Positions 35,684-45,676 of a stretch of 64,000 bases of DNA are shown one piece after another. This stretch comes from an uncultured Actinomycetes bacterium (GTDB lineage Bacteria; Actinomycetota; UBA4738; HRBIN12), in assembly GCA_963704725.1 (NCBI GenBank), contig OY969934.1, positions 2,145,040-2,209,039 on the forward strand, given 5' to 3'. The notes below the pieces were generated by a model. It was not told the origin of the DNA, ran no database searches, and saw only the letters and a program-made list of their open reading frames with translations. How positions within the stretch are numbered: position 1 is the stretch's first letter; each line of letters opens with the position of its first letter. The position numbers and the translations under genes are program-made.

Positions 35684-38494
35684 GTGGGGATGTCATCTCG
35701 AGCTCGTGGCGCGCTTCGTCGGATGCTCGTCGCCGTGGCCGGCCTGTCACTGGTGGCGCTCCCGCTGGCGCCCTCGACCGGGGCGGCGGGATCTGCCGCC
35801 GCTCGTTCGCCACGGATGCCCGCCGCCCGCTCGGCGGCGTTCTTCGACGCCCGCGCAGGCGGCGGAGCGGTGGCCGCTCCCGCCCGCGTGCTCCGCGCCC
35901 GGGCCGATCTGGCCCGGACGCTCGGCCCCCTGGGCGTCGTCCAGACGGACCGGGTCACCGGGACGCTGCGGTTCGTCGGCCGGCTCGACGGGTTCCTGAC
36001 CGGCCCGAGCGTGCGGCCGGCTCGACGGGTCGCGCTGGACTTCGTCCGCTCGCGGCTCGCGGCGTTCGGCCTTTCCCGCCCCGACCTCGCCACGTTCGAC
36101 CTGCGCCGGGACTACGTCGACGTGATCGGGACGCACCACCTCTCGTGGGTGCAGCGCGCCGACGGGCTCACCGTGTTCGGCTCCGGCCTTTCGGCGAGCG
36201 TGACCGCCGACGGTCGGCTGGTGAACGTCACCGGCTCGCCCGTCCATTCGCTCGAAGCGCCTTCCGCACACGTGCGGATCGACCGCGACGCCGCGGTCGT
36301 CGCCGCGCGAGCCGCCGCCGGCGGCTCGACCGCTCGCCAGTCCGCCGACACGGCGGAGCGCGTCCTGTTCCCGACGGCCCGCGGCGCCCGGCGGGCGTGG
36401 CGGACGGTCACGCGGATCTCCGACACCGAGACCGACCTGTCGATCGTCGACGCCGAGACCGGCGAGGTGCTGTGGCGCGCCAATCTCACGGTGGCCGATT
36501 CGAACGGGACCGGCCAGGCCGTCGAGTACTACCCGGGTGGCGACGTGCCCCTCGGCGGCGGCACGGCGCACCAGGTGACCTTCCCGGTCGCGGACGGGAC
36601 CGCGCTGTCGGGCAACAACGCGCACGTCTACTCGGACGTGAACGACGACGACGCCGCCCAGCCCCGAGACGAGGTCCCGGCGGCGTCGGGCCTGGACTGG
36701 AACTACCCGCCGGTGATCGACACGACCACGACGGCGCAGAACTGCTCGACCCATTTCTTCTGCACGTGGGACGCCACCACGCCGCGTCAGTGGCGAACCG
36801 ACCGCCGGTTCTTCGGCGTCCAGCTGTACCACTACCTCAACGTGTTCCACGACCACCTGCTCGCGTCGCCGATCGGCTTCACCGAGGCGGCGGGCAACTT
36901 CCAGGTGACGAACGCGTCCGGGCAGGGCGAGGGCGGCGACCCGGTGCAGGGGCAGTTCATCGACGGCGCCAACCTCGACAACGGCTTCCCCGACGCCAAC
37001 CACCTGAACAACGCGAACATGTCGACGCAGGCCGACGGCGAGCCGCCGGTCATGCAGATGTACCTGCAGACGGCGGCTCCGGGGCTTCCCAACGTCCCGA
37101 GCGGTGACTCCGGGACCGAGGCCGAGACCGTGTACCACGAGTACACGCACGGACTGTCGAACCGGCTCGTGACGCAGCCCGACGGCACGCCCGCGCTCAA
37201 CACCCCACAATCGGGCGCCATGGGCGAGGCGTGGAGCGACTGGTACGCGGTCGACTTCACCGACAACCAGGGCTTCTTCCCGGACGGCCCCGCGGATGGC
37301 GACGCCATCATCTTCCGGTACTCCGCCGGAGACGAGGTCGCCTTCCGCACCGAGGCGATCGACTGCCCGGTGAACTCGACGGCCGCCAACTGCGGGGGGA
37401 CGCCCGGGAGCGGCCCCGGCGGCTACACGTACGGCGACTTCGGCACGATCGTCGGGGGCCCGGAGGTCCACGCCGACGGCGAGATCTGGCTCCAGGCGCT
37501 GTGGGACGTCCGCACCGCGCTCGGCTCGGACGTGTCCGAGTCCATCATCACGCGCGGCATGGAGCTGTCCGCTCCGGACCCCTCGTATCTCGACATGCGC
37601 AACGCGATCATCCAGGCTGACCTGACGGCGTTCGGTGGCTCCCATGTCGATCAGCTGTGGCAGATCTTCGCCGCCCGCGGCATGGGCTACTTCGCCGCGT
37701 CGCTCGACGGGGGCGACACGGAGCCGGTGGAGGACTTCAGCGTGCCGCCGGACTGCGCGGTGGATCCGTGCGGGTCGATCTCGGGGACGGTGACCGACTC
37801 GGAGTCCGGCGCTCCCATCGAGGGCCTCGAGGTGTTCGTCGCGGGACAGCACCACTCGGGGTTCCCGGCGGACCTCGCGGACACCTCCGACGCGACGGGG
37901 GCCTTCTCGATCACCGACGTTCCCTTCCACGACTACCCGGAGGTCGTGGCGACGGGCGCCGGCTACGAGCCGTTCCGCGTGCCGGTCACGGTCGACGGTG
38001 ACGAGAGGCTCGACGTGGAGCTCGTTCGGGACTGGGCCGCGACCGTCGGCGGCGCAAGGGTCCTCAGCTTCACGCCGCCCGACTACTCACCGTTCTGCGG
38101 CGTGGGCGCCGAGGGCGCGTTCGACCTCTCGCTCGGCTCGGGGTGGGCGAGCGACTCGCCCCGCAACGACGACAGCGGCGTGACCGGGGCCCGGTCGGCG
38201 GTCGTCCGGCTGCCGCGCATGGTCGACGTGACCACCTTCGGCGTGGCGAGCGGCGGGACGTGCGGCGACGGCCCGGACGCCGGGGTGAAGCGGTTCCAGA
38301 TCCAGACCCGCGGCCGGCACGGCCCATGGGTCACCGCGGTGCGGGGACGGTCCCGCGCCAACGGCGTCCTGCGGACGTTCACGCCCACGCAGGGCACGGC
38401 GAACGTGCGGATGATCCGCTTCGTCATGCTGTCGAACCACGGGAACCCGGACTTCATGGACGTGCTCGAGGTCACGGTCCGGGGCACGACGTAG
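35684..38494 (+). CDS. Secreted M36 (fungalysin-like) zinc metalloprotease with FTP propeptide, carboxypeptidase-regulatory-like and F5/8-type C-terminal domains
   Basis: Signal peptide; HEYTHGLSNRL (HExxH) plus downstream motifs typical of M36; 936 aa multidomain protein. Confidence 0.85.
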   Translation: MGMSSRARGALRRMLVAVAGLSLVALPLAPSTGAAGSAAARSPRMPAARSAAFFDARAGGGAVAAPARVLRARADLARTLGPLGVVQTDRVTGTLRFVGRLDGFLTGPSVRPARRVALDFVRSRLAAFGLSRPDLATFDLRRDYVDVIGTHHLSWVQRADGLTVFGSGLSASVTADGRLVNVTGSPVHSLEAPSAHVRIDRDAAVVAARAAAGGSTARQSADTAERVLFPTARGARRAWRTVTRISDTETDLSIVDAETGEVLWRANLTVADSNGTGQAVEYYPGGDVPLGGGTAHQVTFPVADGTALSGNNAHVYSDVNDDDAAQPRDEVPAASGLDWNYPPVIDTTTTAQNCSTHFFCTWDATTPRQWRTDRRFFGVQLYHYLNVFHDHLLASPIGFTEAAGNFQVTNASGQGEGGDPVQGQFIDGANLDNGFPDANHLNNANMSTQADGEPPVMQMYLQTAAPGLPNVPSGDSGTEAETVYHEYTHGLSNRLVTQPDGTPALNTPQSGAMGEAWSDWYAVDFTDNQGFFPDGPADGDAIIFRYSAGDEVAFRTEAIDCPVNSTAANCGGTPGSGPGGYTYGDFGTIVGGPEVHADGEIWLQALWDVRTALGSDVSESIITRGMELSAPDPSYLDMRNAIIQADLTAFGGSHVDQLWQIFAARGMGYFAASLDGGDTEPVEDFSVPPDCAVDPCGSISGTVTDSESGAPIEGLEVFVAGQHHSGFPADLADTSDATGAFSITDVPFHDYPEVVATGAGYEPFRVPVTVDGDERLDVELVRDWAATVGGARVLSFTPPDYSPFCGVGAEGAFDLSLGSGWASDSPRNDDSGVTGARSAVVRLPRMVDVTTFGVASGGTCGDGPDAGVKRFQIQTRGRHGPWVTAVRGRSRANGVLRTFTPTQGTANVRMIRFVMLSNHGNPDFMDVLEVTVRGTT

Positions 38495-38519
38495 CTTCGG
38501 CGCGGGATCGGGCGCCGGG

Positions 38520-39956
38520 TCAGGCCCGGCGCCCGACCGGGTCCTCGGCGTCACGCTCGGAAGCCTCCGCCTCGCGAAGAGGGAGCCGGAGCTCGAACCG
38601 CGCTCCCCCGGCCGGCGACGGCACCACGAGAACGGTCCCGCCGTGCGCCTCGGCCACGGCGGCGACGATGGACAGGCCCAGGCCGGCCCCGCCGCTCTCG
38701 CGGGACCGCGAGGGATCGGCGCGGTAGAAGCGCTCGAACACGCGCTCCGCGTCCTCCGGCGGGATGCCGGGCCCCTCGTCGTCCACCTGCAGGAGGGCCT
38801 CCGTTCCCTCCGAGCGCACGTGCACGCGGACGGCCGAACGTGGCGGCGTGTGCACCCGCGCGTTCGAAAGGAGGTTGTCCGCGACCTGCCGCAGGCGCGC
38901 GACGTCCCCGGTGACGACCACGGCCTCCGGGACCTCCAGCTCGATCCGGCGCCCGGGGTCCGCCACGCGCGCCGCGTCGACGGCAGCCGCGGCCACCTCG
39001 ACGAGGTCCACCGGCTCGCGCTCCAGCGCCCGGCCCTGGTCGAGCCGAGCCAGGAGGGACAGCTCGTCGACCAAATCACCCATGCGCACGCTCTCCTCCT
39101 CGATCCGGCGCATCGCGTTCCGCAGCGCCTCGGGGTCGTCCGCGGCCCCGCGGCGGAAGAGCTCGGCGTACCCGCGGACGGAGGTGAGCGGCGTGCGGAG
39201 CTCGTGCGAGGCGTCGGCCGCGAACCGCCGCAGGCGCTCCTCGGACGCCCGCCGCACCTCGAACGACTCCTCGATGCGCGAGAGCATGGCGTTCAGGGCG
39301 AGCCCCAATCGTCCCACTTCGGTCCGGGGGTTGGCCGGCTCGACCCGTCGGGACAGGTCGCCCGCCGCGATGGCCCCGGCGGTCTGGCCGATCCGCTCGA
39401 GCGGCCGGAAGCCGATCCGGACCAGCCACCACGCGAGCGCCGCCAGGCCCGCCAGGACCGCGACGCTCACCAGGACCTCGATCATCAGGAGGCGGCCGAG
39501 CGTGTCTCCGACGTCGCCGAGCGGCACGGCCACGACGAGCGTCCCGCCCGTCACCGGCACGGCCAGCAGGCGGAACGTCTCACTGCCGCTCCGCGCGTCC
39601 ACGGTGAAGACACGGCGCTCGCTCCCCCCGTTCGACGAGCCGGGGAGCGCCACCGGGAGCTTCGGTGCGCCGTCCGGTCCGTACGGCGCGACCTCCTCCC
39701 GCACGACGTCGCCCCCCGCGTCCACGGCGGCGACGTACGTGGCCGGGAACAGGTCGACCCACTCATGCGCCTCGTCCGGGCCCTGGGGGCCCGGGACGAG
39801 CTCGCGCGCGGCGGCGTCGGGAAGGACCGAGAGCTGCTGGTCGACCCGGTCGATCAGGAACGAGCTCAGGAAGCGGTAGGTCGCGACGTCCGCGGCGAGC
39901 AGCCCCGCGGTCACCAGGACCAGCATGGCCACCAGGAGCCGGGCCCGCAGGGACAC
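38520..39956 (-). CDS. Two-component sensor histidine kinase (TM-HAMP-HisKA-HATPase)
   Basis: H-box ADASHELRTPLT, N, G1 (DEGPGI) and G2 (GGAGLGLSI) boxes; two TM helices flanking a periplasmic loop. Confidence 0.9.
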   Translation of the reverse strand: MSLRARLLVAMLVLVTAGLLAADVATYRFLSSFLIDRVDQQLSVLPDAAARELVPGPQGPDEAHEWVDLFPATYVAAVDAGGDVVREEVAPYGPDGAPKLPVALPGSSNGGSERRVFTVDARSGSETFRLLAVPVTGGTLVVAVPLGDVGDTLGRLLMIEVLVSVAVLAGLAALAWWLVRIGFRPLERIGQTAGAIAAGDLSRRVEPANPRTEVGRLGLALNAMLSRIEESFEVRRASEERLRRFAADASHELRTPLTSVRGYAELFRRGAADDPEALRNAMRRIEEESVRMGDLVDELSLLARLDQGRALEREPVDLVEVAAAAVDAARVADPGRRIELEVPEAVVVTGDVARLRQVADNLLSNARVHTPPRSAVRVHVRSEGTEALLQVDDEGPGIPPEDAERVFERFYRADPSRSRESGGAGLGLSIVAAVAEAHGGTVLVVPSPAGGARFELRLPLREAEASERDAEDPVGRRA

Positions 39957-39959
39957 GGA

Positions 39960-40673
39960 CTACTCCTTCGGGAGCCGGAGCGTGTAGCCGACGCCGCGAA
40001 CGGTGTGGATCAGCTTGGGCTCCTCGACGTCGACCTTGCGGCGGAGGTAGCTGATGTAGGTCTCGACGACGCCGGCGTCGCCCCCGAAGTCGTACCGCCA
40101 CACGTGGTCGAGGATCTGCGGCTTGGAGACCACGCGCTTGGCGTTCAGCATCAGGTAGCGCAGGAGGTTGAACTCGGTCGGCGAGAGCTCCAGTGTGCGG
40201 CCCCCGCGCCACACCTCGTGGGTGTCCTCGTCCATCTCGAGGTCGGCGAAGACCAGGCGCCCGGAGGCCGACTCGCTCTCCCCCGAGCGCCTGAGCACGG
40301 CGCGGACCCGCGCCACCAGCTCCTCGAGGCTGAAGGGCTTGGTCACGTAGTCGTCGGCGCCCATGGTCAGTCCCCGGACCTTGTCCTCGGTGGCGTCTCG
40401 CGCCGTGAGGAACAGGATCGGGGTGCGGATCCCGTCGCCCGCCAGGCGTTCCTGGACGTCGAACCCGTCGAGATCGGGCAGCATGACGTCGAGGACCACG
40501 AGGTGGGGCCGGAACGAGGTCGCGGCAGCCAGCGCCGTCCGCCCCGTGTCCGCCGTCTGGACCTGGAAGCCCTCGTACCGCAGCACGGTCGCCACGAGGT
40601 CCGTGATGCTCCGCTCGTCGTCCACCACGAGCACCCGCCGCGCGGACGCCGTCTCCGGCTGGGTCTCGCTCAC
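39960..40673 (-). CDS. OmpR-family response regulator
   Basis: Receiver domain (VLVVDDE ... D in LVVLDVMLPD) plus a winged-helix trans_reg_C domain. Confidence 0.9.
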   Translation of the reverse strand: MSETQPETASARRVLVVDDERSITDLVATVLRYEGFQVQTADTGRTALAAATSFRPHLVVLDVMLPDLDGFDVQERLAGDGIRTPILFLTARDATEDKVRGLTMGADDYVTKPFSLEELVARVRAVLRRSGESESASGRLVFADLEMDEDTHEVWRGGRTLELSPTEFNLLRYLMLNAKRVVSKPQILDHVWRYDFGGDAGVVETYISYLRRKVDVEEPKLIHTVRGVGYTLRLPKE

Positions 40674-40753
40674 GCCTCGGACCTTACGCCCGGACCCCGG
40701 GAGTCACCTGAGGAACGGCTGTGAATCGGCTGAGTGCGCGCTCGCGCCGGCGA

Positions 40754-41770
40754 TCAGCCCTTGCCCCGGATCCAGTACCCGACGGGGAAGAGCTGGAGCC
40801 GGATCCGGCGGCTCACGGCACCCCACACCCCTCGGGGCCACCAGATCGCGACGACCATGGCCACCAGGCCCAGCACGATCAGGTACCAGGCGCCGTACCG
40901 GGACAGGGTCTGCTGCAGGACGAAGAAGATCGCGGTTCCAACGATCGGGCCCTCGATCGTGCCGATCCCCCCGATCACGGTCACGAAGATCATCTGCGCC
41001 GAGAAGCCCACGCTGAACGCCGCCGAGGATTCGATCCCGAGCTGGCTGATGATCAGGATCGCCCCGGCCGCGCCGCAGCCGGCCGCCGCGACCAGGTACA
41101 CGATCCGTTTGGCGCGCGACACGCGGGCGCCGGCGCTCCGCGCGGCGGTCTCGTCGTCTCGGATCGCCGTGAGGACGAGCCCCAGCCGGCTTCGGAGCGT
41201 GAGGTAGACGGCGGTCAGTGCGGCCAGGACCACGGCGAGCGCTGCCCAGTACGTGTCCGCGCCGAGCGCCGTGGGGTCGAAGCCCGACAGGCCGGGCAGC
41301 CGCGCGCCGGTCCCGCCCCCGAGCGACCGGAAGCGGCTCACGATCAGATGGCACGTGTCGGCGGCCACCCAGGTGGCGATGGCGAAGTACCCGCCGCGCA
41401 GGCGCAGGAGCAGCAGCGAGATGGGCAAGGCAAGCACCGCGCAGCCGAGCGTCGCGAACGGGACGGCGACGAACGGGCTGACCCCGTGCTGCGCCAGGAC
41501 CAGCACGAGGAACGCCCCGATCCCCACGTACGCCTGCTGCCCGACGGAGACGAGGCCGGCGTAGCCAGCGAGCAAGTTCCACATGCTCGACATCGTGAGC
41601 AGGATGAAGACGTTCACGAGCGTGTCCGTGGTGCTCGAGAACACCAGGTACGGCAGGTAGCCGAGCACGAGCACGATCACCGCGGCTACGGCGAGCGACC
41701 CGGCGACCGGTCGCCGCGACCGGGACACGCGGACGGCGGCGGACGTGGTCTCGGTCGACGGGTCCGGCAC
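40754..41770 (-). CDS. livM: Branched-chain amino acid ABC transporter permease (LivM-like)
   Basis: BPD_transp_2 permease, 338 aa. Confidence 0.85.
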   Translation of the reverse strand: MPDPSTETTSAAVRVSRSRRPVAGSLAVAAVIVLVLGYLPYLVFSSTTDTLVNVFILLTMSSMWNLLAGYAGLVSVGQQAYVGIGAFLVLVLAQHGVSPFVAVPFATLGCAVLALPISLLLLRLRGGYFAIATWVAADTCHLIVSRFRSLGGGTGARLPGLSGFDPTALGADTYWAALAVVLAALTAVYLTLRSRLGLVLTAIRDDETAARSAGARVSRAKRIVYLVAAAGCGAAGAILIISQLGIESSAAFSVGFSAQMIFVTVIGGIGTIEGPIVGTAIFFVLQQTLSRYGAWYLIVLGLVAMVVAIWWPRGVWGAVSRRIRLQLFPVGYWIRGKG

Positions 41771-41773
41771 GGC

Positions 41774-42640
41774 TCAGTCCTCCCGCCCGCGCGCGATGCC
41801 CCGCGGTCGCACCGCGAGCACGGCGAAGAAGACGAGGTGGCCGCTCAGCACCCCGTACGCGGGATCGATGTGCGCACCGATCGTCTGCGCCACGCCCAGG
41901 ACGATGCCCCCGACGAGCGTCCCCCACAGCGACCCCAGCCCGCCGATCACGACGGTCTCGAACGCGAACAGGAGACGGCTCGGCCCGATGCTCGGGTCGA
42001 ACGTGGAGTACGCGCCGAACGCCAGGCCGGCCAGGGCCACCGTCGACAGCGCAAGCGCGGCCGCGATGCCGAACACGTGCCGGTAGTCGATGCCGGAGAT
42101 CTGGCTCGCCTCGCGGTCGTCGGCAACGGCGCGGATCATCCGGCCCGTCGCCGACCTCGACAGGAAGTACTGCAGGCCGAGGAGCACGCCCACCGCAAGG
42201 ACGAAGATCCCGAGCGACAGGTACGCCACCGAGATCTCCGACGTGAGGTGGAAGGACCCGGACTTCAGCGTTCCCAGGTCGATCGAACGGCTGTCGGCCG
42301 AGAGGAACTCCAACAACCCGTTCTGGATCACGATCGACAACCCGAAGCTCACGAGGAGCACCGTGAGCGGCCCGCGCGCCAGGCTCGTCTGGATGAGCGA
42401 GCGCTGTCCGACGTACCCGATCGCGGCGAAGAGGGGAACCACGACCACGAACGCGTAGAGCTGCGGGATCCCCAAGGCGGGCACCAGCCCGACGGCCAGG
42501 TACGCGGCCACGACCGCGAGGTCCCCGTGCGCCAGGTTGATCACCCGCATCGTCCCGAACAGGAGCGACAACCCGCACGCGAGGAGCGCGAACAGACCGC
42601 CGAGCAGGACCCCCTGGACGACGACGTTCAGCCAGTCCAC
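41774..42640 (-). CDS. livH: Branched-chain amino acid ABC transporter permease (LivH-like)
   Basis: BPD_transp_2 permease, 288 aa. Confidence 0.85.
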   Translation of the reverse strand: MDWLNVVVQGVLLGGLFALLACGLSLLFGTMRVINLAHGDLAVVAAYLAVGLVPALGIPQLYAFVVVVPLFAAIGYVGQRSLIQTSLARGPLTVLLVSFGLSIVIQNGLLEFLSADSRSIDLGTLKSGSFHLTSEISVAYLSLGIFVLAVGVLLGLQYFLSRSATGRMIRAVADDREASQISGIDYRHVFGIAAALALSTVALAGLAFGAYSTFDPSIGPSRLLFAFETVVIGGLGSLWGTLVGGIVLGVAQTIGAHIDPAYGVLSGHLVFFAVLAVRPRGIARGRED

Positions 42641-42647
42641 GTCGACC

Positions 42648-43394
42648 TCACGCCGTCTCGGACGCGGCGAGCCCGAAGTACGCCGATTCGATCTCCGTCG
42701 GCGTGAACTCGCCGGGCCGCCCCTGGAGCGTCGTCCGCCCCTTGAGGAGGCATTGGATCGTGGTCGCGACCCGCACTGCCTGGCTCACGTCCTGCTCCAC
42801 CAGCAGGATGGTGGTTCCCGCCGCGAGCAACTCGGGCAGGACCCCGTAGATCTGGCGGACGACGATCGGCGCCAGTCCCAGCGAGAGCTCGTCGAGCAGC
42901 AGCAGACGCGGGTTCGACACGAGCGCCCGGCCCAGCGCGACGGCCTGCTGTTCCCCGCCCGAGAGCTGCCACGCGCGCTGGCGGCGTCGCTCCGGCATCC
43001 AGCGGAAGAGCTCGTAGATGCGATCGATCGTCCACGGCCCCGGCCGCGCGTGATACGTGCCGACGAGCAGGTTCTCCTCCAGGGTGAGAGACGGGAACAG
43101 GCGCCGACCCTCGGGGACGAGCGCGATCCCGGCGGCGAACCGTCGCTCGGGCGGTTTCGCGGTCACGTCCACACCGTCGAGCAGGACCCGGCCGGCCAGC
43201 GGGCGATGCAGGCCGGCGATCGTTCGGAGCAGGGTCGACTTGCCGGCGCCGTTGGCCCCGATGATCGCCCGCACCTCGCCGGCGGCCACCCGAACGTTCA
43301 GCTCGTGCAGCGCCCGAAGCTGTCCGTGGGCGACCGTCAGGTCGCGGACCTCGAGGAGGGGAACCCCTCCGCCGCCGGGCGCCGGTTCGCTCAC
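42648..43394 (-). CDS. livF: Branched-chain amino acid ABC transporter ATP-binding protein (LivF-like)
   Basis: Walker A GANGAGKST, signature LSGGEQQ, Walker B LLLDELS. Confidence 0.9.
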   Translation of the reverse strand: MSEPAPGGGGVPLLEVRDLTVAHGQLRALHELNVRVAAGEVRAIIGANGAGKSTLLRTIAGLHRPLAGRVLLDGVDVTAKPPERRFAAGIALVPEGRRLFPSLTLEENLLVGTYHARPGPWTIDRIYELFRWMPERRRQRAWQLSGGEQQAVALGRALVSNPRLLLLDELSLGLAPIVVRQIYGVLPELLAAGTTILLVEQDVSQAVRVATTIQCLLKGRTTLQGRPGEFTPTEIESAYFGLAASETA

Positions 43395-44167
43395 GACGAT
43401 CGGGCTCTCCCCTCGCCGACCCCCGCCTCCGCCAGGGCATCGGCCGTCGCCTCCGTGCCCAGGAAGACCTCCTTCACGGCCGGGCTCGCCAGCACGGCTT
43501 CGGGATCGCCCTGCCCGACGATCCGGCCACCGGCCAGGCAGACCATCCGATCCACGGTGTCGGTGAGCGCGCGCACGACGTGCTCGATCCAGACGACGCC
43601 GACGCCCTCGAGCCGAACGCTCCGCACGATCTCGACCAGGTCGCCGACCTCGGGGTCGGTCAGCCCGCCGGCGACCTCGTCCAGCAGCAGCAGCTTGGGA
43701 CGCGTCGCCAGGGCGCGCGCCAGCTCGAGCCGCTTGCGCTGGAGCAGACCCAGCGCTCCGGCCGGCCCGTTGGCAAGCTCCGCGAGCCCCGTGCGCTCGA
43801 GCGCCGACGCCGCCAGCTCGAAGCTCTCCGCCCCGCGGGCACCCGCCCCCTGCTGGGCGGCCAGGAGCGTGTTCTCGAACACCGTCATGTCATGGAACGG
43901 CCGGGGCACCTGGTAGGTACGCCCGATGCCGAGCCGGGACCGCCGGGCGGCGTCGAGCCTGGTGATCGGCCTGCCCTCGAAGCGGACCTCCCCGCCGTTC
44001 GGCGTGAGATCTCCCGACATGATCCCGAACAGGCTCGTTTTGCCGGCGCCGTTGGGCCCGACGATGCCGAGTGCCTCACCCGCCCGGACCTCGAGCGTCA
44101 GATCGTCGGCCACGACGACCTGGCCGAACCGCTTCTCGATGCGGTCCAGCTCGAGGAGGGCACCCAC
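43391..44167 (-). CDS. livG: Branched-chain amino acid ABC transporter ATP-binding protein (LivG-like)
   Basis: Walker A GPNGAGKTS, Q-loop, signature, Walker B LLLDEVA. GTG start chosen at 44167. Confidence 0.85.
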   Translation of the reverse strand: MGALLELDRIEKRFGQVVVADDLTLEVRAGEALGIVGPNGAGKTSLFGIMSGDLTPNGGEVRFEGRPITRLDAARRSRLGIGRTYQVPRPFHDMTVFENTLLAAQQGAGARGAESFELAASALERTGLAELANGPAGALGLLQRKRLELARALATRPKLLLLDEVAGGLTDPEVGDLVEIVRSVRLEGVGVVWIEHVVRALTDTVDRMVCLAGGRIVGQGDPEAVLASPAVKEVFLGTEATADALAEAGVGEGRARSS

Positions 44168-44177
44168 GGACCGCAGA

Positions 44178-45554
44178 CTAGGCGTTCGTCGGGACCAGGT
44201 CGCCGCCGATCGGGACGTCCGGGTTGATGCTGTTGTCGACGACGACCATCTCCCAGTCGAAGTTCGTGCCCGGCTTCCACTGCACACCCACCGGGTTCAC
44301 GATCCCGATCCCGGGGATCGTGGGGCTGTTCGGGTCCGCAGGGTCGATGTGCGGTCCGGTCGTGAAGTCGAGCGGGCCGGACATGCCCGTGTAGTTCACC
44401 TTGAACAGGGCGTCCGCGACCGCGTCGCCGTCGTGCGGGTCGTCGACGGTGGCGAACGCCTCCTTCGCCACCTCGAACAGCGAGTAGGTCGACCCCAGCG
44501 TCTGCAGCCACTGGGCGCCGGTCTCCTCCTGGAACGCGTTGGCCAGGTCCTCGGCCGTGTCGCCGGACAGGCTCGAGGTGTACGGCATGAACGGGCCCCA
44601 CCAGGAGTCGGTCGCGATGTTGTTCACGAGGTCGCCGAGCGCCTCGGTCTCCGCCGGGAACAGCAGGACCTTGGCCACCGTGGCCAGCTTCGGCGCGTAG
44701 CCCTGCTGCGCCGCCTGCGTCCAGAACGTGTTGAAGTCGGGCGGCAGCGGCGCGTTGATGTAGATCTGGCAGTCCTGCTGCTTGAACTGCGAGATCATCT
44801 GCGAGAAGTCGGTGAGCTGCAGGTCCGGATAGGCGCCGCCGTCCACGAACGTGTAGCCGGCCGCGTCGATGATGCCCGGCCACGCGTCGCGGAACGCATT
44901 GCCGTCCGCGTCGTTGGGGAACATGCCGCCGACGACCTTGTTCGTGTCGACGCGGTTCCACATCGGGACGAAGCACCCGCCGAACGCCTCCGCGCCGAAG
45001 AAGAACATCGTGGAGTAGGTGAACGGCTGGGGGTTCGCCGGATCGGCCTGCCGCGCGAAGTACCACGCCTGCCACGGCACCACCGTCGACAAGCACGGGA
45101 CCTTCGCCGACTCGCACGCGGTCGCGACCGGGTTCGTCGTCTCCGGCGTGGAGCTCGTCACGATCAGGTCCGCGTGGTTCTGGTTGATGAGCTCGCGGGC
45201 GACCTGGGACGCGCGGTTGGGGTCCGACTGAGAGTCCTTCACGACGACCTCGACCGAGTAGGTCGTTCCGCCGACCTGGAAGCCGTTCTGGTACGCGTCG
45301 GTGGCCCTGATCCGGTCGACGACGAAGTTGTCACCAGAGGCGAAGCCGGCCAGGGCTCCGGTCTGCGGGGTCACGAACCCAATCACGATCGTGTCGGTGC
45401 TTCCGCTCCCCGATCCCTTCACGTCGCTGGTACAGGCGTCGAGGATCCCCCCGGCCCCCAGCATCACCGCGCCCGCGCCGATCCCCTTCAGGAGAGACCG
45501 GCGGGAGATCGCCTGCTCGAGCAGCGGGTCCCATCGCTCCCGCTCGGCCATACG
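44178..45554 (-). CDS. ABC transporter substrate-binding protein (Leu/Ile/Val-binding family, type I PBP) with Tat-like signal
   Basis: RRSLLKGIGAGAV twin-arginine-like signal plus a Cys lipobox; periplasmic-binding-protein fold; first gene of the liv-like operon. Confidence 0.8.
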   Translation of the reverse strand, partial: RMAERERWDPLLEQAISRRSLLKGIGAGAVMLGAGGILDACTSDVKGSGSGSTDTIVIGFVTPQTGALAGFASGDNFVVDRIRATDAYQNGFQVGGTTYSVEVVVKDSQSDPNRASQVARELINQNHADLIVTSSTPETTNPVATACESAKVPCLSTVVPWQAWYFARQADPANPQPFTYSTMFFFGAEAFGGCFVPMWNRVDTNKVVGGMFPNDADGNAFRDAWPGIIDAAGYTFVDGGAYPDLQLTDFSQMISQFKQQDCQIYINAPLPPDFNTFWTQAAQQGYAPKLATVAKVLLFPAETEALGDLVNNIATDSWWGPFMPYTSSLSGDTAEDLANAFQEETGAQWLQTLGSTYSLFEVAKEAFATVDDPHDGDAVADALFKVNYTGMSGPLDFTTGPHIDPADPNSPTIPGIGIVNPVGVQWKPGTNFDWEMVVVDNSINPDVPIGGDLVPTNA

Positions 45555-45676
45555 TCCCCCTTTCCCCCACCCCGCGCGTCCGGGCCGTCCGGAGAGCGCA
45601 CGGTCATTCGCAGCGCGGACTCTAGGCATGAACACCGGGCATGGTCAATCTCCTGCGCCGAGATGCAACGGCGCGA

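Noticed and set aside
35747-37930. 727-aa minus-strand ORF
   Set aside because: Antisense to the M36 protease gene, which has clear catalytic motifs.
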